Below are positions 49,174 to 58,377 of a stretch of 64,000 nucleotides of DNA, one piece after another; position 1 is the first letter of the stretch, and each line of letters begins with the position of its first letter. The DNA comes from Alphaproteobacteria bacterium (GTDB lineage: Bacteria > Pseudomonadota > Alphaproteobacteria > SP197): positions 5,184,001 to 5,248,000 of the forward strand of contig OZ245842.1 in NCBI GenBank assembly GCA_965228895.1, read 5' to 3'. A program made the position numbers and the translations under genes. The notes beneath the pieces were generated by a model. It saw nothing but the letters and a program-made list of their open reading frames with translations. It did no database searches and was not told the origin of the DNA.

Positions 49174-50091
49174 ATGACGGCGATCAAACTCGGCACGCGC
49201 GGCAGCAAGCTCGCGCTCTGGCAGGCTCATGCGGCGCGTGACGCGCTCATGGCTGCCTTCCCCGACGAGCCGGAGCCCGAAATCGTGGTGATCAAGACGA
49301 CCGGCGACCGGGTGCGCGACCGCCTGTTGTCGGAGATCGGCGGCAAGGGCCTGTTCACCAAGGAAATCGACAAGGCGCTGCTTGAAGGCCGTATCGACGC
49401 GGCCGTCCATTCCATGAAGGACGTCGAGACTTGGCTTACAGACGGCACGGCGCTGGTTTCGTTTCTGCCGCGCGAAGATCCGCGCGAGGCTTTCCTTTCC
49501 GCGTCCGCCGCTTCGCTTGACGGTTTGCCGCAAGGTGCCAAGGTTGGCACCGCATCGATCCGGCGGACCGCGCAACTGCTGGCGCGCCGGCCGGATCTGG
49601 AGATCGTCATGCTGCGCGGCAACGTGGATACACGCATCGCCAAACTGGCGGCCGGCGAGATGGCCGCGACCTTGCTGGCGATCGCCGGTCTGAAGCGCTT
49701 GGGCCGCGACGGTGAGGCCGCCGCGGTGCTTGACCCCGCCGACATGCTGCCCGCCGCCGGCCAGGGCGCCATCGGTTTTGTCTGCCGCGCCGATGACGCG
49801 CGAACCCTTGAAAGGCTTGAGGCCATCAACGACATCGCCGCCGCAACCGAAGTCACCGCCGAGCGCGCGGTCCTCGCCCGGCTTGACGGTTCGTGCCACA
49901 CACCGATTGCCGCGCTCGCCCGCGTCAACGGTGATAGCCTCCATCTCGACGCCATGGTGCTGGCGACCGACGGCAGCCAGCAGATCGCAGCGGCGTCCGA
50001 AGGTTCGCTGACCGACCCCGCTGGCCTGGGCGACGCGGTCGGCCTTGACCTGCTTGAGCGCGGCGCGCGGGCTCTCTTGGCCGGCGGCTGA
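49174..50091 (+). CDS. hemC: Hydroxymethylbilane synthase
   Basis: [36 protein letters not shown]. Confidence 0.97.
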   Translation: MTAIKLGTRGSKLALWQAHAARDALMAAFPDEPEPEIVVIKTTGDRVRDRLLSEIGGKGLFTKEIDKALLEGRIDAAVHSMKDVETWLTDGTALVSFLPREDPREAFLSASAASLDGLPQGAKVGTASIRRTAQLLARRPDLEIVMLRGNVDTRIAKLAAGEMAATLLAIAGLKRLGRDGEAAAVLDPADMLPAAGQGAIGFVCRADDARTLERLEAINDIAAATEVTAERAVLARLDGSCHTPIAALARVNGDSLHLDAMVLATDGSQQIAAASEGSLTDPAGLGDAVGLDLLERGARALLAGG

Positions 50092-50808
50092 ATGCGCGTC
50101 CTCATCACGCGGCCTGAGGTGGACGCCCGGTCCTTCGCCGACAAGCTTGCCGAACGCGGTGTCGAAAGCGTCATCGCGCCGGTCATGACCGTGGTCTTCA
50201 ACGAAGGCCTGGATCTGGACCTTGACGATACCCAAGCCGTGCTCCTGACCAGCGCCAACGGGGCGCGGGCCTTGGCGCGCGCCACAGAACGGCGTGATTT
50301 CGATGTTGTGGCCGTCGGGCCCGCCACGGCGGATGAGGCGCGTGAACGAGGGTTTGCCTCGGTCGCGACCGCCGGCGGTGATGTCGAGACATTGGCTGAT
50401 CTCGTCATCGAACGGCTTCAGCCGACCGCCGGAACCCTGCTTCACGTCGCAGGGAGCGTCACGGCCGGCGATCTCGCGGGGCGGCTGAAAACCGCGGGTT
50501 TCTCTGTCAAACGCGCGGTTGCCTACCGTGCGCAGGCGCTGGATACGTTGCCTGCAGCGGCCTGCGACGCGATTACCCACGGCACCGTCCAGGGTGCGGC
50601 ATTTTTCTCGCCGCGTACCGCGGCCGTCTTTGTTAAGCTGGCCCATGCGGCGGGTGTCGAGGACCGGCTACAGGGGCTTCAGGTCTTCTGTTTGAGCGAG
50701 GCGGTGGCCGAGGCGAGCGAAGCGGCCACCTGGCGGGAGATTCTCGTGGCCGCGCAACCTGACGGCGGGGCGCTGATCGATCTGATATGCTCTGCCCTGA
50801 CCGACTAA
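50092..50808 (+). CDS. hemD: Uroporphyrinogen-III synthase
   Basis: MRVLITRP, TSANG, VGPATA, FFSPRTA; directly follows hemC. Confidence 0.92.
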   Translation: MRVLITRPEVDARSFADKLAERGVESVIAPVMTVVFNEGLDLDLDDTQAVLLTSANGARALARATERRDFDVVAVGPATADEARERGFASVATAGGDVETLADLVIERLQPTAGTLLHVAGSVTAGDLAGRLKTAGFSVKRAVAYRAQALDTLPAAACDAITHGTVQGAAFFSPRTAAVFVKLAHAAGVEDRLQGLQVFCLSEAVAEASEAATWREILVAAQPDGGALIDLICSALTD

Positions 50809-50824
50809 CTGACAGGCGCACGCC

Positions 50825-52279
50825 ATGCAGGACAAGGATAAAGACAAGAAGACCGATAAGCCTGAGACGGACGAGACCAAACGCGACGACGACACGCCAT
50901 GGTCGGCCAAGCCCGAAACGAACGACGAAAAGCCGGCAACCGACGGCGCCGACATAGCCGACGCCGACGACACCGAAGTCGACCCCGCAAGCATGACCGA
51001 CGTGACGGATGTTGCCGAAGAGACCGACGGCAAGGCAGATGACCTTGCCGATGCGGCGGAACCGGTCGATGAAAGCTTGAGCGCGGACGCAGAGACCGCA
51101 ACACAGGATCCTCCGCGCGAGCATAAGCGCGGCTTATCGTTCGGCGGCATTCTTGGCATCATCGTTCTGGTCGTGGTGGTGGCTGGGGCTGTTGCGTGGT
51201 TTGGGCCGCGTCTTTTCCCCAACGAGGCGGCAACGCTGAGTTCCGAGTTTGAGCAGAAACTTGCCGCGCTCGAAGCCGATGTCGGCAATCTTGGCGACCT
51301 CAGCGACCGTGTGTCGAAGCTTGAGTCCGACGTGGCGTCAGCGACGTCGTCGACGGATACGTCGAGCGACCTCACCAATCAGGTCAGCGACCTCGGCGAC
51401 CGCGTCACCAAACTGGAGACGACGGCGAGTACGGCTACGGGCACAACGACGGGCACCGGCGACACGCCAGATATCTCGGCGCTCGAAGATCAGATCAAGA
51501 AACTCGAAGCTTCCGTCGCCGCCCTGTCGTCGGCATCCACGGGTGACAGCACGGGCGATGCCGGCGCGCTCAGCCAATCGGTGACGGCGCTGCAGCAAGA
51601 GGTCGAGGCGACGTCTCAGGCGGTCAGCGACCTGAAAGATGAAATTGCCAAGCTCGACAATCTCTCCGGCGATGTCACCAGCCTCTCTGGCGACGTCACC
51701 AGCCTGACCAGTCAGGTCAACCAGTTGGCGGGCCGCAGTGTCGATCCCAAGGCGGCCTTTGTCGTTGCCATCGGCCAGTTGCGCGAGGCGGCCATGAGCT
51801 CGGGCGCGTTCGATCAGCAGCTTTCCGCAGCCAGCGCCGTCGCCCCCGATGACAGCGATGCCCAGGCCGCGCTCGCCAAGCTTGAGCCGTTGGCAGCGTC
51901 GGGTGTCGCCTCACTCTCCAGCCTGCAGGCCGATTTCGGTGCGACCGCGGATGCGGTGGTGGCGGCTTCAAACGCCGGCAGCGGCTGGATCGATCAGACG
52001 TTGTCGAGCCTGGAGGGCCTGGTCTCGATCCGGCGGGTCGGCAGCGATGTCGAAGGCGATACGCCTGAGGCTGTGGTTGCCCGTGCGGAAGCTGCGCTGG
52101 ATGCCGGTGACCTGAGCACCGCGGTCAACGACGTGTCGAGCCTGACTGGCGACGCGGCGACCGCAGCGGCCGACTGGCTGGCCAAGGCGCGCGACCGGCT
52201 GGACGTCGATCAAGCGCTCGAGACCTTAAGCGCGCGGGCGTCGGGGCTGGTGACCGGCGCTACCGAGAGCGGCAGCTAA
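50825..52279 (+). CDS. COG4223 / mitofilin (alphaproteobacterial Mic60) family membrane protein
   Basis: Acidic N-tail, single TM, long coiled coil, C-terminal LVSIRR..ARAEAAL..GDL..A..W mitofilin motif; between hemD and hemY. Confidence 0.8.
   Translation: MQDKDKDKKTDKPETDETKRDDDTPWSAKPETNDEKPATDGADIADADDTEVDPASMTDVTDVAEETDGKADDLADAAEPVDESLSADAETATQDPPREHKRGLSFGGILGIIVLVVVVAGAVAWFGPRLFPNEAATLSSEFEQKLAALEADVGNLGDLSDRVSKLESDVASATSSTDTSSDLTNQVSDLGDRVTKLETTASTATGTTTGTGDTPDISALEDQIKKLEASVAALSSASTGDSTGDAGALSQSVTALQQEVEATSQAVSDLKDEIAKLDNLSGDVTSLSGDVTSLTSQVNQLAGRSVDPKAAFVVAIGQLREAAMSSGAFDQQLSAASAVAPDDSDAQAALAKLEPLAASGVASLSSLQADFGATADAVVAASNAGSGWIDQTLSSLEGLVSIRRVGSDVEGDTPEAVVARAEAALDAGDLSTAVNDVSSLTGDAATAAADWLAKARDRLDVDQALETLSARASGLVTGATESGS
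51662..51705 (+). repeat. In-frame 21-bp tandem duplication (LSGDVTS x2)
   Basis: ctctccggcgatgtcaccagc ctctctggcgacgtcaccagc; adds one heptad to the coiled coil. Confidence 0.7.
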
Positions 52280-52282
52280 GCC

Positions 52283-53614
52283 ATGCGTCGTCTGGTATTT
52301 TATGTTCTCGGCCTGGCGATCCTGATCGCCGTTGCCGTCTGGCTTGCCGACCGCCCCGGCAATGTCGAGATTCAATGGGGTGATTACCTGATCACCACGT
52401 CGGTGGCGGTCCTGGTCTTGATCGTTGTCATCTTGGCGGTGGTCGTTGCGATCCTCTATCGCGGCTGGATCTGGCTCAAGAAAGGGCCCGGTCGGTGGCG
52501 CAAATCGCTGCACCAGAACCGTCGCGAGAAGGGGTACGAGTCCCTGACACGTGGCCTCGTCGCGCTCGCCGCCGGTGATTCCAGCGAGGCCCGCCGCTAT
52601 GCGCGCCGCGCCGACGACATGCTCGACCGGCCGCCGCTGACGCTTTTGCTGTCGGCCCAGGCGGCCCAGCTTGACGGCGACGACAAGGCGGCGACCGAGA
52701 CCTTCGAAGCCATGCTGGAACGACCGGAAACCGAATTCCTGGGTCTGCGCGGCCTGATGGTGGAGGCGCTGCGGCGGGGCGACTATCAGGCGGCCCGTGA
52801 GTATGCCCGGCGCGCCCACCAGTTGCGCCCCGACGCCGCCTGGGCGGCCGAGGCGCTGTTCGAGCTGGAGACCCGCGACGGCGACTGGCAGTCCGCTCAG
52901 CGCACGCTCGAATCCGCTGTCGACCGGCGTGCGCTCGGCAAAACCGCCAGCAAACGCCGTCGCGCCGTCGTCCTGGTCGAGCGCGCCCGCGATGCGCTCA
53001 AGGATCTCAGGCGGTCGGAAGCCATCAAGCTTGCCCGCGAGGCCCATGCGGAGTCGCCGGAGCTGGTACCGGCCGCGGTTCTGCTGGCCGACCTCCTGGT
53101 CGACGAGCAGAAGTTCCGCCCGGCCGCCAAGACAATCGAGCAGACCTGGGTCATCAACCCCCATCCCGATTTGGCTGAGGCCTACCGGCGCGCCGCGCGG
53201 GACGAGGACGCGATCGCCACCTATCGGCGCATGGAAAAACTGGTCAAGGCGGCGCCGAACGCGATTGAATCGCATGTCGCGTCGGCCCGCGCCGCGCTCG
53301 ATGCCGGCCTGACCGGCGAGGCGCGGCGGCACCTGGACGATGCGGCCAAGATCGAGATGAGCCACCGGATCGCCCAGCTCTACGTCGCGCTGGAGGAAAA
53401 GGAAGGCAATGGCGAGGCGGCCCAGGATTGGCTGCGCAAGGCCGCCGATGCGGAGGTCGACGAAGGTTGGCAATGCGAGCGGTGTGGCCATATTGCGGAC
53501 ACCTGGATGCCGGTTTGCCCGCACTGCGGAACCTTCGATTCACTTGCCTGGACCAAACCCCATGCCGTCGCGCCGGCCGTCACAAGCCGCGCTTTGACCC
53601 CCTTGGCGTCATAA
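52283..53614 (+). CDS. hemY: HemY-domain TPR membrane protein
   Basis: Two N-terminal TMs with WLADRPG, TPR-like helices, C-terminal CERC..CPHC; follows COG4223. Confidence 0.85.
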   Translation: MRRLVFYVLGLAILIAVAVWLADRPGNVEIQWGDYLITTSVAVLVLIVVILAVVVAILYRGWIWLKKGPGRWRKSLHQNRREKGYESLTRGLVALAAGDSSEARRYARRADDMLDRPPLTLLLSAQAAQLDGDDKAATETFEAMLERPETEFLGLRGLMVEALRRGDYQAAREYARRAHQLRPDAAWAAEALFELETRDGDWQSAQRTLESAVDRRALGKTASKRRRAVVLVERARDALKDLRRSEAIKLAREAHAESPELVPAAVLLADLLVDEQKFRPAAKTIEQTWVINPHPDLAEAYRRAARDEDAIATYRRMEKLVKAAPNAIESHVASARAALDAGLTGEARRHLDDAAKIEMSHRIAQLYVALEEKEGNGEAAQDWLRKAADAEVDEGWQCERCGHIADTWMPVCPHCGTFDSLAWTKPHAVAPAVTSRALTPLAS

Positions 53615-53673
53615 TTCGGCCCTAGCGTGGGGCCATTCAAACGACCCCCATCGACCTCCAGGAGGCGCTTGTC

Positions 53674-55707
53674 ATGCGCACATTCTCCGTAGTCGCCTGT
53701 TTCGTACTGTTGCTTGCGGCACCCGCCGTGGCGCGTGCCGCCGACGACGCCCTAACGCTGAAACGGGCCGTTCTGTCGACCGGTGGTGTCGGTTACTTCG
53801 AATACGAGGCAACGGTCGATGGCGACCAAACACTGAATTTCGACGTCCGGCTCGACCAGGTCGACGACGTTTTGAAGAGCCTGGTGGTGTTCGATAGCGC
53901 CGGCGGTGTCGGCTCGGTCAGCCTGCCCGGCCGCGCCGGTCTTGCCGACCTGTTCCGCGACCTGCCGTTTGACGGCTCGGCGCTCCAATCGCCGGCGACG
54001 CTGCTGCGCGCGCTGACCGGTTCGGAGGTGACGATCGAGGGACCGTCACGGGTCTCCGGGCGGATCCTGAGCGTCGTCCCCGAAACGCTTCAGCTCGAAG
54101 ATGGCACCACCATCACACGCCACCGCCTGACCGTCATGGGCGAGGACGGCCTGGCCCAGGCAATCCTGGAAGACGCCAACGAGATCACGTTCGCCGATGC
54201 CGAGTTGGAAGAACAGATCGCCGGCGCATTGGCCGATCTGGCCCAGCACCGGGTGCAGGATCGCCGCACGCTGGAGGTTAAGGTTTCCGGCGAGGGCGAG
54301 CGCCTCGTGCGTATCGGCTATGTGGTCGAAGCGCCACTCTGGAAAACCAGCTACCGGCTCGCCCTGGGCGATGACGGCAAGGCGCTGCTGCAGGGCTGGG
54401 CGGTTCTGGAGAACATGAGCGGCCAGGATTGGAACGCCGTCGACCTGACGCTGGTCAGCGGCAATCCCGTGACCTTCCGCCAGTCGCTCTATCAGGCCTA
54501 TTACGTGGCGCGCCAGGAAGTGCCCGTCGATGTCGCTGGCCGTGTCTTGCCGCCGGTCGATACTGGCGCCGTCGGCGGGCTGGCGCGCAGCGAAACCGCT
54601 GAGAACGAAGCAGACTTCGGCGCGGCCCTCTACGCCGCTGAGGAAATGATGATGGAATCGGCCGTCATGGCCGATATGGCTGCACCGGTAGCGCAGGAGC
54701 CGGGCTACGCCAACCTGGCCACGGCGTCGACCGAGGAAGCCGCGACCCAGGTAGTCTTCCGCGTTCCTCAGCCGGTCACCGTCGATCGCGGCCAGTCCCT
54801 GATGGTCCCGCTGGTTGATCAGGACGTTGACGTCGCGCATGTCGCGCTCTATTCGCCAAACGTTCAGGCGCGCCATCCGTTGGCGGCGGTCGAGCTGACC
54901 AACAACACGGATGTCGGCCTGCCCCCGGGCGTTGTGACGATCTATGAGAAGTCGGCGGTCAGCGGCGGCGAGACCTTTGTCGGCGATGCGCGGCTCGGTG
55001 CGCTGCAGGCCGGCGACAGCCGCCTGATCGCCTATGCGGTCGACCAGAAGACCCTGATCGATCGCGAGGACGATTACACGGCGGCGATCACCCGGGCGAC
55101 CATCGACCGTGGTGTTTTGCATGTCTCGCACACGCAAACGCAAACCACGACCTACACCATCGAAGCGCCGGTGGGCGAAGCGCGCGAGGTCATCCTGGAG
55201 CACCTGCGCGTCTTCGGCTGGGACCTCGTCGCGCCCGCCGGCGATGTCGAGAAGACCGACACCGCCTACCGCATTCCGGTCAGCGTGCCGGCCGGCCAGA
55301 CCGTTAAGATCAAGGTGGTGATGGAGCAGCCCCAGGCCGAGAGCATGAACCTCTTGACCATGGCCGATCCGCAGGTTGTCTACTTTGCCGAGAACAGCGA
55401 AGTCCCGGCCGACGTGCGCGACGCCTTCAAACGGCTCGCCGAACTGAAAGGCGCGGTGGCGGATACCGAGTACAAGATCGCCGAGACCGAGCGTGAACGC
55501 CAGGTGCTGCTCGTGGAGCAGGAGCGGTTGCGCGACAACCTGGACACGGTGCCGCGAGAGAGTGATCTCCACACCCGCTACATGACGAAGCTCGGCGAGC
55601 AGGAAGACGCCATCGAAAGTCTGCTGCTGACCATGGACGATCTGCGCAACGAGCTCGCGGCCCGGCGCCAGGCACTCACAGACTATGTCAAGGGATTGAC
55701 GATCTAA
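53674..55707 (+). CDS. DUF4139 domain-containing secreted protein
   Basis: Signal peptide, GVGYFE, DDVLKSL, WKTSYRL, GWAVLEN.SGQDW..V.L.LVSG.P, C-terminal coiled coil. Confidence 0.8.
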   Translation: MRTFSVVACFVLLLAAPAVARAADDALTLKRAVLSTGGVGYFEYEATVDGDQTLNFDVRLDQVDDVLKSLVVFDSAGGVGSVSLPGRAGLADLFRDLPFDGSALQSPATLLRALTGSEVTIEGPSRVSGRILSVVPETLQLEDGTTITRHRLTVMGEDGLAQAILEDANEITFADAELEEQIAGALADLAQHRVQDRRTLEVKVSGEGERLVRIGYVVEAPLWKTSYRLALGDDGKALLQGWAVLENMSGQDWNAVDLTLVSGNPVTFRQSLYQAYYVARQEVPVDVAGRVLPPVDTGAVGGLARSETAENEADFGAALYAAEEMMMESAVMADMAAPVAQEPGYANLATASTEEAATQVVFRVPQPVTVDRGQSLMVPLVDQDVDVAHVALYSPNVQARHPLAAVELTNNTDVGLPPGVVTIYEKSAVSGGETFVGDARLGALQAGDSRLIAYAVDQKTLIDREDDYTAAITRATIDRGVLHVSHTQTQTTTYTIEAPVGEAREVILEHLRVFGWDLVAPAGDVEKTDTAYRIPVSVPAGQTVKIKVVMEQPQAESMNLLTMADPQVVYFAENSEVPADVRDAFKRLAELKGAVADTEYKIAETERERQVLLVEQERLRDNLDTVPRESDLHTRYMTKLGEQEDAIESLLLTMDDLRNELAARRQALTDYVKGLTI

Positions 55708-55715
55708 TTCTATCG

Positions 55716-55760
55716 GTGACCGGTTGTCTCCCGCGCGCTACCTTTTGCGCGCGGGAGACA
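55716..55760 (+). promoter_or_regulatory. Putative sigma70 promoter inside a perfect 14-bp inverted repeat that covers the RBS
   Basis: GTGACC-N17-TACCTT; arms TGTCTCCCGCGCGC (55725-55738) and GCGCGCGGGAGACA (55747-55760). Confidence 0.5.
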
Positions 55761-55764
55761 GGCG

Positions 55765-57390
55765 ATGACAACAAACGGCAAGGCTGATCTCGTCCTGAAG
55801 GGCGGCCGCGTGTGGTGCGGCCTGGACCTGGGTGCGGCCGAAGCGCTGGCGATTAAGGACGGGTGCGTTTTGGCCACCGGTCCAGCATCCGAAATCGAGG
55901 TGTTGGTGGGTCCGGCGACCCGGACCATCGATTTGCGCGGCCGGCTGGCGATGCCCGGCTTCTATGATGCACACATGCATTTGATGTCGATGGGCCGCGC
56001 AGCCCAGCACATCAACCTGCGCGCATCGGCCGTCAACACGCTTGACGGTCTGCTCGAGCGGGTCGCCGAGCGGGCCGCGCAGACACCGCCGGGCGAATGG
56101 GTCGAGGGGCGGGGCTATGACCACACCGTTTTCGCCGAAAACCGCCATCCACAACGCCACGAGATCGATCAGGTCGCGCCCGACAACCCGGTCTGGCTCG
56201 GCCGCTGCTGCGGGCACATGGGTGTCGCCAATTCGGCGGCGCTCAAGCTCGCGGGCATCGATCGCGATACGCCGCAGCCCGATGGCGGCGTCATTGAAAA
56301 GGTCAACGGCGAGCCGACCGGACTGTTGCAGGAGCGCGCCCAGGTGCTGGTCAGATCGGTCATCCCGACACCCTCCCTGGAAGACCTGATGTCGGCCGTT
56401 CAGTCCGCTGGTGAGCGTTGCCTCTCCTACGGCATCACCTCGGTCATGGACGCCTGTGTCGGCGCCCATGGCGGTTGGCGCGATGTCGAGGCCTATGAGA
56501 CGGCTGCCGTCACCGGCCGGTTGCCGGTCCGCATGTACATGGGCATCGCCGGCGGTCCCGACGGCATCGCCGATGAAGCCTACGCCAAGGGCCGCGTCAC
56601 CGGCATCGGCAACGGCAGACTGACGGTCGGCCCGATCAAGTTCTTTACCGACGGTAGCGCCGGCGGCTGCACGGCGGCCATGCGAAAACCTTACACCAAT
56701 GGCGCCGATGGTGTGCTGATCCTGGAAGACCGCGATCTCGATGAGATGGTGGCGCATTACCACAACCGCGGTTACCAGATCGCCATCCATGCGATCGGCG
56801 ACGCGGCGGTCGACCAGACCATCGAGGCGCTTGATCGCGCGCTCAAGAAACTGCCGCGCGACAACCACCGTCACCGCATCGAGCATTGCGGCTGGGTCGA
56901 CGATGCGAACATCCAGCGCATGATCGACCTTGGTCTGACACCGGCGCCGCAACCGATTTTCATGCGCGATTTCGGCGACAGTTATCTCAATGTCCTGGGC
57001 GAGGAACGTTCGGCCTGGGCCTACCCCATGGCGCACTGGCAACGCGCCGGCCTTAGGCCCGCGATGAGTTCCGACACCCCGGTCTCGGACGTCAACCCGT
57101 TCGTCAATCTCTATGCGGCGGTGACGCGCCAGACATCATCCGGTCACGTCATCGGCGCCGATCAGGCGCTGTCGCTCGACGAGGCCTTGAGCGCCTATAC
57201 CGAAAACGGCGCCTATGCCGGCTTCGCCGAGAACAGTCGCGGGCGATTGGCGCCGGGCATGGCGGCCGACATCGCCATCGTCGACCGGGACATCATCGAA
57301 CGACCGAACGAGGAGCTGCTCGAAACGCAGGTCGACGGCACGTTGATGGACGGCGCCGTCGTCTTCGATCGTCACGAGGAGTTCCGCTAA
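55765..57390 (+). CDS. Amidohydrolase 3 family (YtcJ-like)
   Basis: PGFYDAHMH, KFFTDGS, HAIGDAA, RIEH, SSD.P, G.LAPG..AD. Confidence 0.92.
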   Translation: MTTNGKADLVLKGGRVWCGLDLGAAEALAIKDGCVLATGPASEIEVLVGPATRTIDLRGRLAMPGFYDAHMHLMSMGRAAQHINLRASAVNTLDGLLERVAERAAQTPPGEWVEGRGYDHTVFAENRHPQRHEIDQVAPDNPVWLGRCCGHMGVANSAALKLAGIDRDTPQPDGGVIEKVNGEPTGLLQERAQVLVRSVIPTPSLEDLMSAVQSAGERCLSYGITSVMDACVGAHGGWRDVEAYETAAVTGRLPVRMYMGIAGGPDGIADEAYAKGRVTGIGNGRLTVGPIKFFTDGSAGGCTAAMRKPYTNGADGVLILEDRDLDEMVAHYHNRGYQIAIHAIGDAAVDQTIEALDRALKKLPRDNHRHRIEHCGWVDDANIQRMIDLGLTPAPQPIFMRDFGDSYLNVLGEERSAWAYPMAHWQRAGLRPAMSSDTPVSDVNPFVNLYAAVTRQTSSGHVIGADQALSLDEALSAYTENGAYAGFAENSRGRLAPGMAADIAIVDRDIIERPNEELLETQVDGTLMDGAVVFDRHEEFR

Positions 57391-57429
57391 CCCCTTCCGC
57401 ATCCAACCAGGAAAGACGTTCCGCCGCCC

Positions 57430-58293
57430 ATGATCCCCAACGTCACAACCTTTTTCGATCCCCGTACATCGTCGCTGACATATGTCGTCGCCGAGCCCGA
57501 TGGTACGGCCTGTGCGATCATCGATTCGGTGCTGGACTATGACGCGCCTTCCGGTCACACCACGACCGAGAGTGCCGACAAGCTGATCGCCTTCATCGAG
57601 GCGGAGGGGCTGGAAGTCGCCTGGATCCTCGACACCCACACCCATGCCGATCACATGACGGCGATGGCCTACCTGAAGAATCGTTTCGGCGCGCCGACCG
57701 GCATCGGCGCTGATGTGGCGCAGGTTCAGGGCAATTTCGTCAAGCTTTTCAACATCGCCGATGAGGTGGCGACCGACGGCAGCCAGTTCGACCATCTGTT
57801 CGACGATGACGAGACCTTCATGATCGGCGCCATGGAAGCGCGCGTCATGGCGACGCCCGGCCACACGCCGGGCTGCATCACCTATGTGATTGGCGATGCC
57901 GCTTTTATCGGCGACACCATGTTCATGCCCGACAGCGGCACGGCCCGCTGCGACTTCCCCGATGGTGACGCGGCAACACTCTATGCGTCGATCCGGCGCA
58001 TTCTCGATCTGCCGTCTGATACCCGGTTGTTCGTTTGTCACGACTATCAGCCCGACGGGCGCGAGCTGGCCTATGTCGCCTCGGTGGCCGATCACCGCCA
58101 GGGCAACATCCACGTCAACGATGACATCGACGAGGGCGCCTTCGTCACCATGCGCACGACGCGTGACGCGACGCTCGCGGTACCGGCGCTGATCCTGCCG
58201 GCAGTCCAGGTCAACATCCGCGCGGGCCGCGTGCCGGAGCCGGAAGCAAACGGCATCAGCTATCTCAAGATGCCGCTGAACGTCTTTTCGTAG
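57430..58293 (+). CDS. MBL-fold hydrolase (Blh / persulfide dioxygenase-like)
   Basis: THTHADH, TPGHT, GDTMFMPD.GTARCDFP, CHDY, QVNIRAG. Confidence 0.9.
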   Translation: MIPNVTTFFDPRTSSLTYVVAEPDGTACAIIDSVLDYDAPSGHTTTESADKLIAFIEAEGLEVAWILDTHTHADHMTAMAYLKNRFGAPTGIGADVAQVQGNFVKLFNIADEVATDGSQFDHLFDDDETFMIGAMEARVMATPGHTPGCITYVIGDAAFIGDTMFMPDSGTARCDFPDGDAATLYASIRRILDLPSDTRLFVCHDYQPDGRELAYVASVADHRQGNIHVNDDIDEGAFVTMRTTRDATLAVPALILPAVQVNIRAGRVPEPEANGISYLKMPLNVFS

Positions 58294-58353
58294 CGCCGCG
58301 ATATGGCGCATTCGGACCATCGATTTGGCGCCACACTTGAAAAGGACGCTTAG

Positions 58354-58374
58354 GCCCGCCGCGCTTCGGCGGGT
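58354..58374. terminator. GC-rich hairpin between convergent genes
   Basis: GCCCGCCG-N5-CGGCGGGT; no clear U-tract. Confidence 0.35.
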
Positions 58375-58377
58375 CGT

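Noticed and set aside
54046-55572. 508-aa minus-strand ORF, and similar long ORFs at 49159-50646, 52226-53524, 41027-42247, 55738-57042 and 58903-60099
   Set aside because: All lie opposite well-supported genes and show no recognisable domains.
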